DNA of 64,000 nt from positions 62,001 through 126,000 of the forward strand of contig JAWLHK010000002.1 in the NCBI GenBank assembly GCA_041690355.1. The letters run 5' to 3'. This document shows positions 45,371 to 54,476 of the stretch, in pieces (positions within the stretch are counted from its first letter, which is position 1; the number at the start of each line of letters is the position of its first letter). The DNA is from a bacterium. GTDB taxonomy: Bacteria > J088 > JAWLBW01. Position numbers and translations under genes: made by a program. The notes under the pieces were generated by a model, which was not told the origin of the DNA, made no database searches, and worked only from the letters and a program-made list of their open reading frames with translations.

Positions 45371-46057
45371 ATGGCGACCAAAGTAAGCAAGCTGAAGCCG
45401 CAAGCGCCCGAAATCGCTGCGCGGACGGGCGTTCAACCGACACGGGGCTTCAAGAAGAAAGCGCGAACCCGTCAGCTCCTGATCGAGTCGGCCCTGCGCA
45501 TCTATGCACGCAAAGGAATGGTCGATCTCGCATTGAATGAGTTGGCTGAAGAGGCCGGCGTCTCGAGTGGAACCATTTACAACTACTTCCGCTCACGCGA
45601 GGATGTTCTCGAAGCCGTGGGCCTTTCGCTTGCGATCGAATTATCGCAGCAGGTTTCGAATCTTACGCTAGATGTTACCCGCGGGGCTCAACGGCTATCC
45701 ATCGGTGTGCGAACCTTCGTTAAACAAGCGGTTCGCGACCCCCAATGGGCTCGGGCGGTAATTCAGGTCATCCACTATGCGAACGGTTTCAAGACAGCGC
45801 TGACTGAAAATGTCCGCGCTGACCTGCAGCTCGGCGTTGAGCAAGGCGACTTTCAATATGCGGACGAAAACGTTGCGTTGGCGTTCGTTGTCTCTGCGAC
45901 CGCCGGGGCCATGACCACCATCGTTGACGGCTACACCGCCGATGGACATGATGGCCTCGTCGCTGAAATGGTCCTTCGGGGACTGGGCATGCCGGGCCAG
46001 AAGGCGCGATGCATTGCCCGAGCGCCGTACCCGCGCGGATTACCGGTTCAGAAGTAA
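45371..46057 (+). CDS. TetR/AcrR-family transcriptional regulator
   Basis: TRQLLIESA...ELAEEAGVSSGTIYNYFRSREDV. Confidence 0.92.
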   Translation: MATKVSKLKPQAPEIAARTGVQPTRGFKKKARTRQLLIESALRIYARKGMVDLALNELAEEAGVSSGTIYNYFRSREDVLEAVGLSLAIELSQQVSNLTLDVTRGAQRLSIGVRTFVKQAVRDPQWARAVIQVIHYANGFKTALTENVRADLQLGVEQGDFQYADENVALAFVVSATAGAMTTIVDGYTADGHDGLVAEMVLRGLGMPGQKARCIARAPYPRGLPVQK

Positions 46058-46187
46058 GCCTTCCGCAGGAGATCGGACGCCATATCAGCCTCCACGCGTC
46101 TCTTCAAGGCCCGGTAACCGATGATAGCGGCGCGTTGGCGTGCTCAAGACGTAAGGCTATTGTCACAAGGTCCTTGCCGGCAAATCG

Positions 46188-46547
46188 TCAATCGTCAATT
46201 GTAGATTGTAAATTCGGAAGCCCCACGAGCACCCTCGTCCCCTCGACGCGCACAGGGTACGTCTGCGCCTCGTACCACTCGTTGCTGAGGGCGACGCCGG
46301 TGCGCAACGAAAACGTCCAGTAGTGCAGGGGACAGACGACCACGGGCTGGCCGTCGAGGTCGTAGGCGCCGCCGTCGGAGAGCAGGGCGCCCTGGTGCGG
46401 ACACTGGTCCCGCACCGCGTACACTTCGCCGCGCACGAGGAACAAGGCGATCCGCTCGTCGCCGACTTTGCGGCTCAGGCCGCGGTCCGGCGGCAGGTCC
46501 ACCAGGTCGGCGACGGCGGTCCAGGTCAGAGCGTCTGTTGCTTCCAC
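46188..46547 (-). CDS. Rieske [2Fe-2S] ferredoxin
   Basis: CPHQG...CPLH.W.F.L.TG. Confidence 0.9.
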   Translation of the reverse strand: MEATDALTWTAVADLVDLPPDRGLSRKVGDERIALFLVRGEVYAVRDQCPHQGALLSDGGAYDLDGQPVVVCPLHYWTFSLRTGVALSNEWYEAQTYPVRVEGTRVLVGLPNLQSTIDD

Positions 46548-47161
46548 GTCACGCTCACGCCGTCGCGCAGGGGCAGGATGCTCGTGTGCCCGTCGGGGAG
46601 CTTCAGCAGCGCATCGGTGAACCGGCGGATCCCCTCGGTGGCCGGGCTCTTGTCGCCGGTGATCATCTTGCCGCTCCAGAGCACGTTGTCGGCGATCAGC
46701 AGACCGCCCGGCTTGAGGCGCGGCCAGGCGAGCGCCAGCGCGTCGGCGTAGCGCTCCTTGTCGTGATCGAAGAAGACGAGATCCCAGTCCCCCTCCTGCT
46801 GGCGGAAGACGTCCAGCGCATCGCCGACTTCGAAGATCACGCGGTCGTGAAGCTTGCCGCGCTTGAGGTATTCCCGCGCGTCGCGGCTGCGTTCTTCCGA
46901 CTTGTCGACGTGCACGACGTGTCCGGCCGGGCCCGCGGCGCGAGCGAACCAGTAGGTGGAATAGCCGAAGCCCGAGCCGAATTCAAAGATGCGCCGCGCC
47001 CGCGCCAGCCGGGTGAAGAGATCGAGTGCGCGGCCGACCTGCCGGCCCACGGCGGGGAACTTTTCCCGCTCGGCGCGCTCCTCCATTTCCCGCAGAATCG
47101 GATCGGTTTCGGGGAAGAGATCGTCGAGGTATTCTTCGATGACGGGGTTCAGAATCTCCAT
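46526..47161 (-). CDS. Class I SAM-dependent O-methyltransferase
   Basis: EFGSGFGYST, GDA, DLVFFDHDK..Y, LKPGGLLIADNVLWSG, LPLRDG. Confidence 0.92.
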   Translation of the reverse strand: MEILNPVIEEYLDDLFPETDPILREMEERAEREKFPAVGRQVGRALDLFTRLARARRIFEFGSGFGYSTYWFARAAGPAGHVVHVDKSEERSRDAREYLKRGKLHDRVIFEVGDALDVFRQQEGDWDLVFFDHDKERYADALALAWPRLKPGGLLIADNVLWSGKMITGDKSPATEGIRRFTDALLKLPDGHTSILPLRDGVSVTWKQQTL

Positions 47162-47208
47162 GGGACTATTGTAGCAACCTCGTTATAATGATGCCTTGCT
47201 GAGAGAGT

Positions 47209-47246
47209 CCTCAGTCGGCAGTCCTCAGTCGTAAGTCGTCAGTCCC
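47209..47246. repeat. Short tandem heptamer-like intergenic repeat
   Basis: CAGTCCT/CAGTCGG/CAGTCGT-type units. Confidence 0.6.
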
Positions 47247-47336
47247 GAGACAGGGACGCCGATTTCCGCACCCGGTCCCCGGGCCCACATCTTCTTTGGG
47301 TCCCCCTCATGGGGGACGACAGGGGGTGAAGAACCC

Positions 47337-48704
47337 ATGAGCACCACGTTGAACTGGAACACCATCGGACGCACCGCCGTCGAGCGCTTCAAGGACCTCC
47401 TGCGCATCGACACGACGAACCCGCCGGGCAACGAGATAGCGGCCTGCCGCTACCTCGAAAAGATCCTCGCCGAAAACGGCATCGCCTCTGAGATCATCGA
47501 GCCGAAGCCCAACCGGGGAAATCTGATTGCCCGCCTGAAGGGGGACGGCTCCGAGGGTCCGCTGCTCCTCAACGCGCATCTGGATGTCGTGCTTGCCGAG
47601 CGTGACAAGTGGCAGGAAGATCCGTTCGGCGGCGTCGAAAAGGACGGCTATATCTGGGGGCGCGGCACGATCGACATGAAGCACATGGCGATCTACAACC
47701 TGACCACTGCGCTCCTCCTCAAGCAGCTCGGCGTGCCGCTCAAGCGGGACATCATCCTCGTCTACGTGGCCGACGAAGAGGCCGGCTGCGCCGAGGGGAT
47801 GCAGTACCTGTGCGAGCAGCATCCCGACAAGGTGCGGGCGGAGTATGCGCTGAACGAGGTCGGCGCCTTCACGATTCACGCCGGTCAGCGGCGCCTCTAT
47901 CCGATTCAGGTCGCCGAGAAGGGGTTCGTCTGGCTCAAGATGACCGCCAAAGGGGAACCCGGGCACGGCTCCATGCCGCACAGGCAGAGCGCCGTGGGGC
48001 GTCTCGCGCGCGCCGTGGCCAAACTGGATGAACGCCTGCTCCCTCTGCACGTCTCCGACGTCGTCGCCACGTTCATCAAGGAGCTCGCCGAGGGTATCGG
48101 CATGCCCTCGTCGCTCATCCTCAAGCGGGTGCTGAACCCGCTCGTCTCCGATCTTCTCCTCCAGAAGGTCGTTCCCGACGATCAGGCCCGCGTCCTGCGC
48201 GCCTCGCTGCACAACACGGCCAATCCCACGGGGCTCATCGCCGGCGACAAGGTCAACGTCATTCCCTCCGAAGCGAGCGCGATTCTGGATTGCCGCACCC
48301 TGCCGGGGACGACCCCCGACATGCTGCTCGCGGAACTTCGGGAGCTGGTCGGCGATGCGTTCACGTTCGAGATCATCCGCTCGGGTCCCCCCTCGACGGC
48401 CCCGATCGGCACGCCGCTCTACAACAAGCTTGCCGAGGTGCTCGAACGGCGCGACCCCGGGTCGAAGGCCATCCCCTACCTGACCGTCGGCTTTACCGAT
48501 TCCAAGTGGCTCGAGCCGCTCGGGGTCAAGGCCTACGGGTTCTCGCCGGTCAAGTTGCCGGCCGATCTCCCCTTCGCCGCCATGTTCCACGGCCACAACG
48601 AGCGCATTCCCACCGACGGATTCCTCTGGGGCGCGCGCACCCATTTCGAGGCGGTCTACGAATTCGTGACCGGCAAACCGGCCCCCGATCTGGCCGCCGG
48701 CTGA
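47337..48704 (+). CDS. M20 family metallopeptidase/amidohydrolase (ArgE/DapE-like)
   Basis: IDTTNPPGNE, AHLDVV, GRGTIDMK, ADEE, NE, GHGS, GFTD, HGHNE. Confidence 0.93.
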   Translation: MSTTLNWNTIGRTAVERFKDLLRIDTTNPPGNEIAACRYLEKILAENGIASEIIEPKPNRGNLIARLKGDGSEGPLLLNAHLDVVLAERDKWQEDPFGGVEKDGYIWGRGTIDMKHMAIYNLTTALLLKQLGVPLKRDIILVYVADEEAGCAEGMQYLCEQHPDKVRAEYALNEVGAFTIHAGQRRLYPIQVAEKGFVWLKMTAKGEPGHGSMPHRQSAVGRLARAVAKLDERLLPLHVSDVVATFIKELAEGIGMPSSLILKRVLNPLVSDLLLQKVVPDDQARVLRASLHNTANPTGLIAGDKVNVIPSEASAILDCRTLPGTTPDMLLAELRELVGDAFTFEIIRSGPPSTAPIGTPLYNKLAEVLERRDPGSKAIPYLTVGFTDSKWLEPLGVKAYGFSPVKLPADLPFAAMFHGHNERIPTDGFLWGARTHFEAVYEFVTGKPAPDLAAG

Positions 48705-48824
48705 CGGTACGGCCGCGGCAGTGACAATGCTGTCAGGGCCGGCCCCCTGCCCGAGGGGCGCAAACGACCGGATTGTCAGTCTGAACCGGCGTTTGAGCAG
48801 CCCCGCCCCCTGTAGCGACGGACT

Positions 48825-48840
48825 TGGCACGCATCTTGCC
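48825..48840 (+). promoter_or_regulatory. Sigma54 (-24/-12) promoter
   Basis: TGGCAC-GCATC-TTGC, an exact GG-N10-GC consensus. Confidence 0.7.
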
Positions 48841-48984
48841 AAAGAAGGGCGTGCGCCGGGAGTTCCGGCCGGGGAGGGGAGTAACGCAGTGCGTTATACG
48901 GTGCGTCAACGCGCCGGAGCCCGAGACAGGCTGCAGATCGGCTCTGCAAGCGGACGCGAGCGTTTTTAACCTTTTGGTTGACGC

Positions 48985-49014
48985 TTGACAGAGCGGACGA
49001 ATTTTCTGTAGAGT
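48985..49014 (+). promoter_or_regulatory. Sigma70-type promoter
   Basis: TTGACA-18 bp-TAGAGT in an AT-rich leader. Confidence 0.55.
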
Positions 49015-49156
49015 GTTCTACGTTCTTCGTTCTCAGGATTGTCGCCTCGTAGGGCTTCGACGGCTTGGAACGCGGTTTTAGAATCCGGCAGTTTTGGATG
49101 CCGCTTTGTAAAAGAAGCGGCGCAATCAGTCACCAGTTAAGGGAGAAACCCCGATT

Positions 49157-50896
49157 ATGGAATGGATGCGTAACAGCGTGACGCGCACCGGGCTTGGTGC
49201 GTTCATGGCCCTCAGCCTGACGCTTTCTGCGTGCGGCGACAGCACGACGGACGACGCCACGGGCGAAACGACGGCGACCCGCATTGCGGCCTGTAAGGAC
49301 CTCGTTGGCGACCAGAAGTACAGCGAAGCCCTCAAGAAGGCCAATGCCGCGCTCGAGTCCGATGCCGACAACTCCGACGCGCACTATTGTGCGACCCTTG
49401 CGCACGTCGGCGTCATCGTCAACACGGTTTCGGCCATCATCAGCGCCGCCGCCAACCTGAACCTGGCGCCCGAGTACCGGGCCGCCATCGACGGCAAGCA
49501 GTTCCTGCTTCCGTTCGTCGAAGACATCGAATCCGGAATCGCCGGCATCGACAAACACGCCTATGCCCTCGTCGGCATGGATAACCCGACGTTCCAGATC
49601 GACAGCTTCCCGCTCAGCCTGAACACGGCCGACCTGGTCAAGCTGGTCGGCAAGTTCAGCGACGCCGACATCCAGGTTCAGGGCGAAGCCGAAATCGACC
49701 TGAATGGCGTGTGGGATCTCAGCCAGATTCAAGCGCTCGCCGGCGCCGGCAACGCCATCCAGGGCGTGCTCGACTACCTGTTCGCGCACGACCTGAACCT
49801 CGACGAAATCAATGACCTCGAGCTGAAGACGACCGAAGGCATTGCTGCCGCCCTGCACGCGAACAACCGCCTGCTCAAGCTGGCGACCGACGCCGACTCG
49901 ACGGCCCGCCTGTCGGGTGACGACCGCTACAAGGGCGTTCGCCTCGATGCCCTGTCGGCTCTCTCGTACCTGGTCGGCCGCGCTTCGGCTCTCGAACGCG
50001 TCGCCCCGGCCAGCGAAGGCCTCGTCGCCGCCATCAAGGCGAACGCCGGTAAGACCGACCGCGTGGTCGTGTGGACCGACGCCGACGCCGACGGCATTCC
50101 CGAGAAGATCAAGGTGCCGGCCATCGACGTCGTCAACGAAAACCTGACGATCACCATCGACGGCGTAGTCGAGACGATCCCGAGCGAGTTCGACAACCCG
50201 CTCTCGGCGACCTTCTGGACGTCGCTCATCGACCTTGGCGCTGAGATCCGTGACAACGTCGAAGACAACGGTGCCTCGCAGATCGCCGTCAAGACGCTGG
50301 TCGACGCGGCCATCGCCGAGTTCAACGACAACGCCGACGTGAACGAGTTCATCGTCGACCTGTGGCCGTCGGCGGTGACCTATGCCGCCATGGAATTCCC
50401 CGACCTGGTCTACGTCAGCCCGGGCGAGTTCCTGGCCGAGCCGAAGGGCGTGCGCTCGATGATTCCGTACTACTTCTCGCACACGACCGACGGCACGACC
50501 TATGCCTGGGACATGGCCATCGAGTTCGAAGGGTACCTGAACGGCACCACGATCACGAACGAAAAGATCGGCAAGAAGTTCGAATCGGCTGCCGATGCCG
50601 ACTTCGCCCACTTCGACTACGGCGCGAACGTCGACGGCGTGCTCGAGTACCTGTTCGACGACTTCGATACCGAACCGGCCAAGATCGCGGCTGACACCCT
50701 GCGCCCGACGCTCGAGCTGACCGAGCTCATCTACGTCGCGCTGCAGGATCCGGCCTTCGGCGGCCTGCTCTATACGAAGACCGACGCGCTCGCCGACTAT
50801 CCGCTGACCAAGTCGGCGACCCCGGCGAAGCCCGACAGCGCCGGATTCAACGCCGGCCTGAACGCGCTGCTGCTCTACTACAACCCGGCTCCGTAA
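49157..50896 (+). CDS. Unknown acidic lipoprotein, paralogue A
   Basis: Lipobox LSACG; strong codon bias; clearly homologous to the next gene. Confidence 0.88.
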   Translation: MEWMRNSVTRTGLGAFMALSLTLSACGDSTTDDATGETTATRIAACKDLVGDQKYSEALKKANAALESDADNSDAHYCATLAHVGVIVNTVSAIISAAANLNLAPEYRAAIDGKQFLLPFVEDIESGIAGIDKHAYALVGMDNPTFQIDSFPLSLNTADLVKLVGKFSDADIQVQGEAEIDLNGVWDLSQIQALAGAGNAIQGVLDYLFAHDLNLDEINDLELKTTEGIAAALHANNRLLKLATDADSTARLSGDDRYKGVRLDALSALSYLVGRASALERVAPASEGLVAAIKANAGKTDRVVVWTDADADGIPEKIKVPAIDVVNENLTITIDGVVETIPSEFDNPLSATFWTSLIDLGAEIRDNVEDNGASQIAVKTLVDAAIAEFNDNADVNEFIVDLWPSAVTYAAMEFPDLVYVSPGEFLAEPKGVRSMIPYYFSHTTDGTTYAWDMAIEFEGYLNGTTITNEKIGKKFESAADADFAHFDYGANVDGVLEYLFDDFDTEPAKIAADTLRPTLELTELIYVALQDPAFGGLLYTKTDALADYPLTKSATPAKPDSAGFNAGLNALLLYYNPAP

Positions 50897-50918
50897 GCCG
50901 GATTGGCAACGTACTCCA

Positions 50919-50948
50919 GGCGGCCCCCGAAAGGGGGCCGCTTTTTTT
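50919..50948 (+). terminator. Rho-independent terminator
   Basis: GCGGCCCCC-gaaa-GGGGGCCGC followed by T7. Confidence 0.92.
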
Positions 50949-50973
50949 ATGCCCGGATTTCTTCCGCACGCCT

Positions 50974-50989
50974 CGGCACGCGAATTGCT
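50974..50989 (+). promoter_or_regulatory. Sigma54 (-24/-12) promoter
   Basis: CGGCAC-GCGAA-TTGCT upstream of paralogue B. Confidence 0.65.
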
Positions 50990-51067
50990 AAGAGGAGAAG
51001 ACAGAATGGATCGATAGTCGAACGTCTACCCGCTGCGGCCTGAGGCACGGCGCGCCCGAGGTGAACC

Positions 51068-52819
51068 ATGAAGATCAGGACGATTCGCGCGTTGCTGGTG
51101 TGTGGAACCGTGTTCGCTTTCGGAGGCTGCTTTCCCATCGGCTGCGGCGGGCGGGATGCCGCGGAGCCGGTATCGGAGATCCCTTCTCCCCCGGCGCGCG
51201 TCGAGCAGTGCCTCGAGAACAATGCCCGCGGGCGGTACTGGGAGGCGCTGAAGGATTCCGAAGCCGTGCTGGAGGCGAATCCCGAGAATGCCGGCGCCCA
51301 TTACTGCGCAGCCCTCGCGCACTTCGGCGTCATCGTCGATACGATCTCAGCCATCATCAGCGCCGCGGCCAACCTGAACCATGCGCCGGAATACAGAGCG
51401 TCCATCGACGGCAAGCAGTTTCTCCTCCCCTTTGTCGAAGACATCGAAGCGGGGATTGCGGGCATCGATCGCCATGCCTATGCCCTGATCGGCATGTCAG
51501 ACCATCCGACCCTCTTCGTAGAGAGTTTTCCGCTGCCCCTGAATCTGGGCGACCTGGCGAAGCTTCTCGCGAAAATCGAAAACGTCCCGATCGAAGTGCA
51601 GGGCGAAGCCGAGATCGATCTGGCGGGGGCCTGGGACGTCAGTCACATCCAGCTTCTCGCCGGGCTCGGCAACCTGGTGCAGACGGGCATCGACTATCTG
51701 TTCGCGCATGACCTGAACCTCGACAACCCCGAGGCGTTGTTCTTTGAAACTTCGGCTCAGATTGCGTATGCCCTGCACGCGAACCCACGCTTTGGGAAAC
51801 CGGCCGGTACCCGGGACCACGAATCACGCGAGCGGATGACGGGCGGCGAGTCCTATAAGGGGGTGCGGCTCGGCGCCTTGTCGGCCCTGTCGTATCTGGT
51901 CGGGCGTGAGACCCATCTGGAGCGGGTGGCGCCGGCCAACGACGGGCTGCGCATGGCCATCCGCGTGAATGCGGGCCGGTCTGACGGCATCCTCATCTGG
52001 ACTGACCGGGACCACGACGGCATTCCGGAGCGGATTACCATTCCGGCCCTCGAGCAGCTGAACCGGACCCTGACGGTCACCGTAGAGGGTAAGCCGTATC
52101 CCATTCCGAGCGAGTTCGAGAATCCGTTTTCGGCGGATTTCTGGATGGCCCTCGAAGCCTTCGCAATCGACCTCCGCGAAAACATCGAAACGGGCAGCCC
52201 CGGCTCGGTCGGACTCAAGCGCCTGGCCGACGCCGCGCTCGTGGAACTCGACGAAAACGCGGCGATGCGCACCGCGGCGGCACGCTGCTGGCCGGCGGCG
52301 GTGACGTGGGCCGGCAGGGAATTCCCTGATCTCGTCTACCTGAATCCCCGGGCTTTTCTGGAAGACCCACCGTATCTTCGCAACCTGATCCCCTGGTACT
52401 TCTCGTACACCACGGACGGAACGCAGATCGGCTGGGAACTTGCCCTGGAGATCGAAGGGTTTGCCGGGGGTATGACGGTCACGAACCGGAAAGCGGGTCT
52501 CGAGCTTCGTGCAGAGCCGGGCGCCGACTTCGAGCACTTCGACTACGCGCCGGGGGCCGACGGCATTCCTGCATACGCGTTCGAGGACTTTGAGACCGAG
52601 CCGGCCCCGATTCCGGCAGACACGCTGCGCCCGACGGCCGAGGTGCCGGAGCTGTTCTACCTTGCCCTGCAGGATCCTTCGTTCGGGGGCCTGCTCCGCC
52701 TGAAAACGGCGTCGCTCGAAACGTTTCCCGAGACCGGGGCGCTGACCTCCTCGCCCGTTCCGCTGGAGCCCGACAACGCCGTTTTCAACGCCACCCTCAA
52801 CGCCCTGCGCCTCTACTGA
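51068..52819 (+). CDS. Unknown lipoprotein, paralogue B
   Basis: RBS GAGGTG; signal peptide with FGGC; long near-identical blocks with paralogue A (SAIISAAANLN.APEYRA.IDGKQFLLPFVEDIE). Confidence 0.88.
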   Translation: MKIRTIRALLVCGTVFAFGGCFPIGCGGRDAAEPVSEIPSPPARVEQCLENNARGRYWEALKDSEAVLEANPENAGAHYCAALAHFGVIVDTISAIISAAANLNHAPEYRASIDGKQFLLPFVEDIEAGIAGIDRHAYALIGMSDHPTLFVESFPLPLNLGDLAKLLAKIENVPIEVQGEAEIDLAGAWDVSHIQLLAGLGNLVQTGIDYLFAHDLNLDNPEALFFETSAQIAYALHANPRFGKPAGTRDHESRERMTGGESYKGVRLGALSALSYLVGRETHLERVAPANDGLRMAIRVNAGRSDGILIWTDRDHDGIPERITIPALEQLNRTLTVTVEGKPYPIPSEFENPFSADFWMALEAFAIDLRENIETGSPGSVGLKRLADAALVELDENAAMRTAAARCWPAAVTWAGREFPDLVYLNPRAFLEDPPYLRNLIPWYFSYTTDGTQIGWELALEIEGFAGGMTVTNRKAGLELRAEPGADFEHFDYAPGADGIPAYAFEDFETEPAPIPADTLRPTAEVPELFYLALQDPSFGGLLRLKTASLETFPETGALTSSPVPLEPDNAVFNATLNALRLY

Positions 52820-53011
52820 GCCGTAAATTGCAATGGGCAATTCGACCGCAATGGCTGCTTACGGAGCACCTTTTTGGGTTCCTCGATAGCTCCTTGTCAC
52901 GGCGTTGAGAATAGTCGTGGTTCGGTCGCCTGCATTGCAGATTTCTCTGTAATGGCTCGCCGCAGACAAAGCGTTTGCGTGGGTCGTGCTGGACGAGCCA
53001 TGGAACATCCC

Positions 53012-53041
53012 TTGACGAGTGACTTGCGGATTGAATATACT
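53012..53041 (+). promoter_or_regulatory. Putative sigma70 promoter of the low-GC lipoprotein gene
   Basis: TTGACG-18 bp-TATACT. Confidence 0.5.
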
Positions 53042-53104
53042 TCGCTTTGCTTTACTTCGTGCTCTGGCTGATTAGCGCCTAGCAGGAAATCAAGTGGGAG
53101 ATCT

Positions 53105-54361
53105 ATGAGGCTTATTGGCATTGTTTTTGCCCTTATGTGCATCACGGCATATTCAGCATGCGATAAAGAGCCCCTGGATATCCTGCCAAGTCGACCCGAA
53201 CTCGCCTTAACCGTATATCCCCGTTCGGTCGACTTGTATCCCGGGGAGGTCACGAGATATTCACTTTCGGTATCCGGAGCGTCAGATGCGCAAATCCTGA
53301 ATGCGCATTACGAGCTTGATAGTGATGCCGCCGGAATTGTGACGGGCGACGGTACATATACCGCGGGGGAGGTACCAGGGCTTTACCAGTTGACTGTGAC
53401 TGCCACGGTGCAGCATGGCGGCAGGACTTTCATCAAGAGTGCAACAGCTAGCATTACGATTACTGAAAAACCTTGCCCAGGCACGTTAACGGTCTACTAC
53501 GAGGGGGCTTCAGCAACCGGGCACGAAAACATCGCCTATTACTTCATCGCGGCAGAGTCGGAAGACGGCATCGAGGAAAGTCATTGGTACCTCGCAGGAG
53601 ACGATGCGAGGTGGTTTACCGAAGATGACCTGCTTACGGAACGGTCTCTCACGTCGTGGAGTATCGACGGTAACAACACTGTCCAATGGACCGAAGTATA
53701 TTGGCTCGACACTTTCGATGGCACGTGGTATTCGTACGCATACGAAATTCACGAGGATCCGGAAGGAAGGAGAAGGGACATCTATTACTTCGAGCCTGGA
53801 GAGGACGGCGCTTGGGGAGTGCTGAATCGGAAGGAATATGTGTTTGGTTCCTCTGATCGCCTTGACGAAGTATATGATTGGGCGTATACCGGAAGCTCGC
53901 CGACCCTCGCGAAGCGAACGAGTTTCGACTACGAGTCGGACGTTCGCCGCGTCAGGTATGAATACAACACACCCGGAACCGACGGCACCTGGTTCACTTC
54001 AGATGATGAAATCAGCAGGCTGGCGTCGGAGGAGTATCTGGATTACACCTTTATGATTCCTTCGCAAATCACCACTAATGATTCTCCAGGCATGGATGGC
54101 GTGTGGGGAACAAGCGACGATTCTGTGAAGAGAATTGAGGTTTGGTCCTATGAGGACGCCGGACAGGTGTTGGTGGAGTATGTTGACTATTATGATCGGG
54201 GAAATGACGGTCGCTGGTTGACCGCTGATGACATGGGATTGGCTACGAAATACCAATACTACGAGAATGGCGAACAATCTGGGATCGAGTACTACGATGA
54301 GTTGGGCGCGCTAGTAGGAACGAAGCGCATCTTTTACTGTACCCTCTCCATAGTTGAGTAG
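53105..54361 (+). CDS. Low-GC lipoprotein with an Ig-like domain and GxDGxWxTxDD repeats
   Basis: Lipobox YSAC; DGTYTAG..PG.Y.LTVTAT Ig-like domain; five GxDG(x)W repeats; codon usage unlike the flanks. Confidence 0.8.
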   Translation: MRLIGIVFALMCITAYSACDKEPLDILPSRPELALTVYPRSVDLYPGEVTRYSLSVSGASDAQILNAHYELDSDAAGIVTGDGTYTAGEVPGLYQLTVTATVQHGGRTFIKSATASITITEKPCPGTLTVYYEGASATGHENIAYYFIAAESEDGIEESHWYLAGDDARWFTEDDLLTERSLTSWSIDGNNTVQWTEVYWLDTFDGTWYSYAYEIHEDPEGRRRDIYYFEPGEDGAWGVLNRKEYVFGSSDRLDEVYDWAYTGSSPTLAKRTSFDYESDVRRVRYEYNTPGTDGTWFTSDDEISRLASEEYLDYTFMIPSQITTNDSPGMDGVWGTSDDSVKRIEVWSYEDAGQVLVEYVDYYDRGNDGRWLTADDMGLATKYQYYENGEQSGIEYYDELGALVGTKRIFYCTLSIVE

Positions 54362-54476
54362 CGGGGTCGCTTACGCCTTCCTCCGTAATGCGTTGCGTCA
54401 TTTCGCGAGCCATGACTCTATGGCGGACAAAGCGCAGGCCGACTATAATGTCAACGGCTTAAAACAGAGGTTGATT

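Larger units (their letters stand above)
41146..46192. other. Lower-GC aromatic-catabolism islet, probably acquired horizontally
   Basis: Visibly more A/T-ending codons than the flanks; bracketed by CCGGCAAATCG(G/T)CAAT direct copies; no integrase. Confidence 0.65.

Noticed and set aside
41146-46192. Calling the islet a transposon or integrative element
   Set aside because: No transposase, integrase, tRNA target or terminal inverted repeats were seen.
48705-49156. Riboswitch or ncRNA in the long leader of lipoprotein A
   Set aside because: No recognisable aptamer consensus by eye; the region is adequately explained by two promoters. An Rfam search would be needed.
52821-52845. Degenerate copy of the CCGGCAAATCG repeat at the edge of the second low-GC insert
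   Set aside because: The similarity (CCGTAAATTGCAATGGGCAATTCG) is too weak, and no matching copy was found at the right edge.
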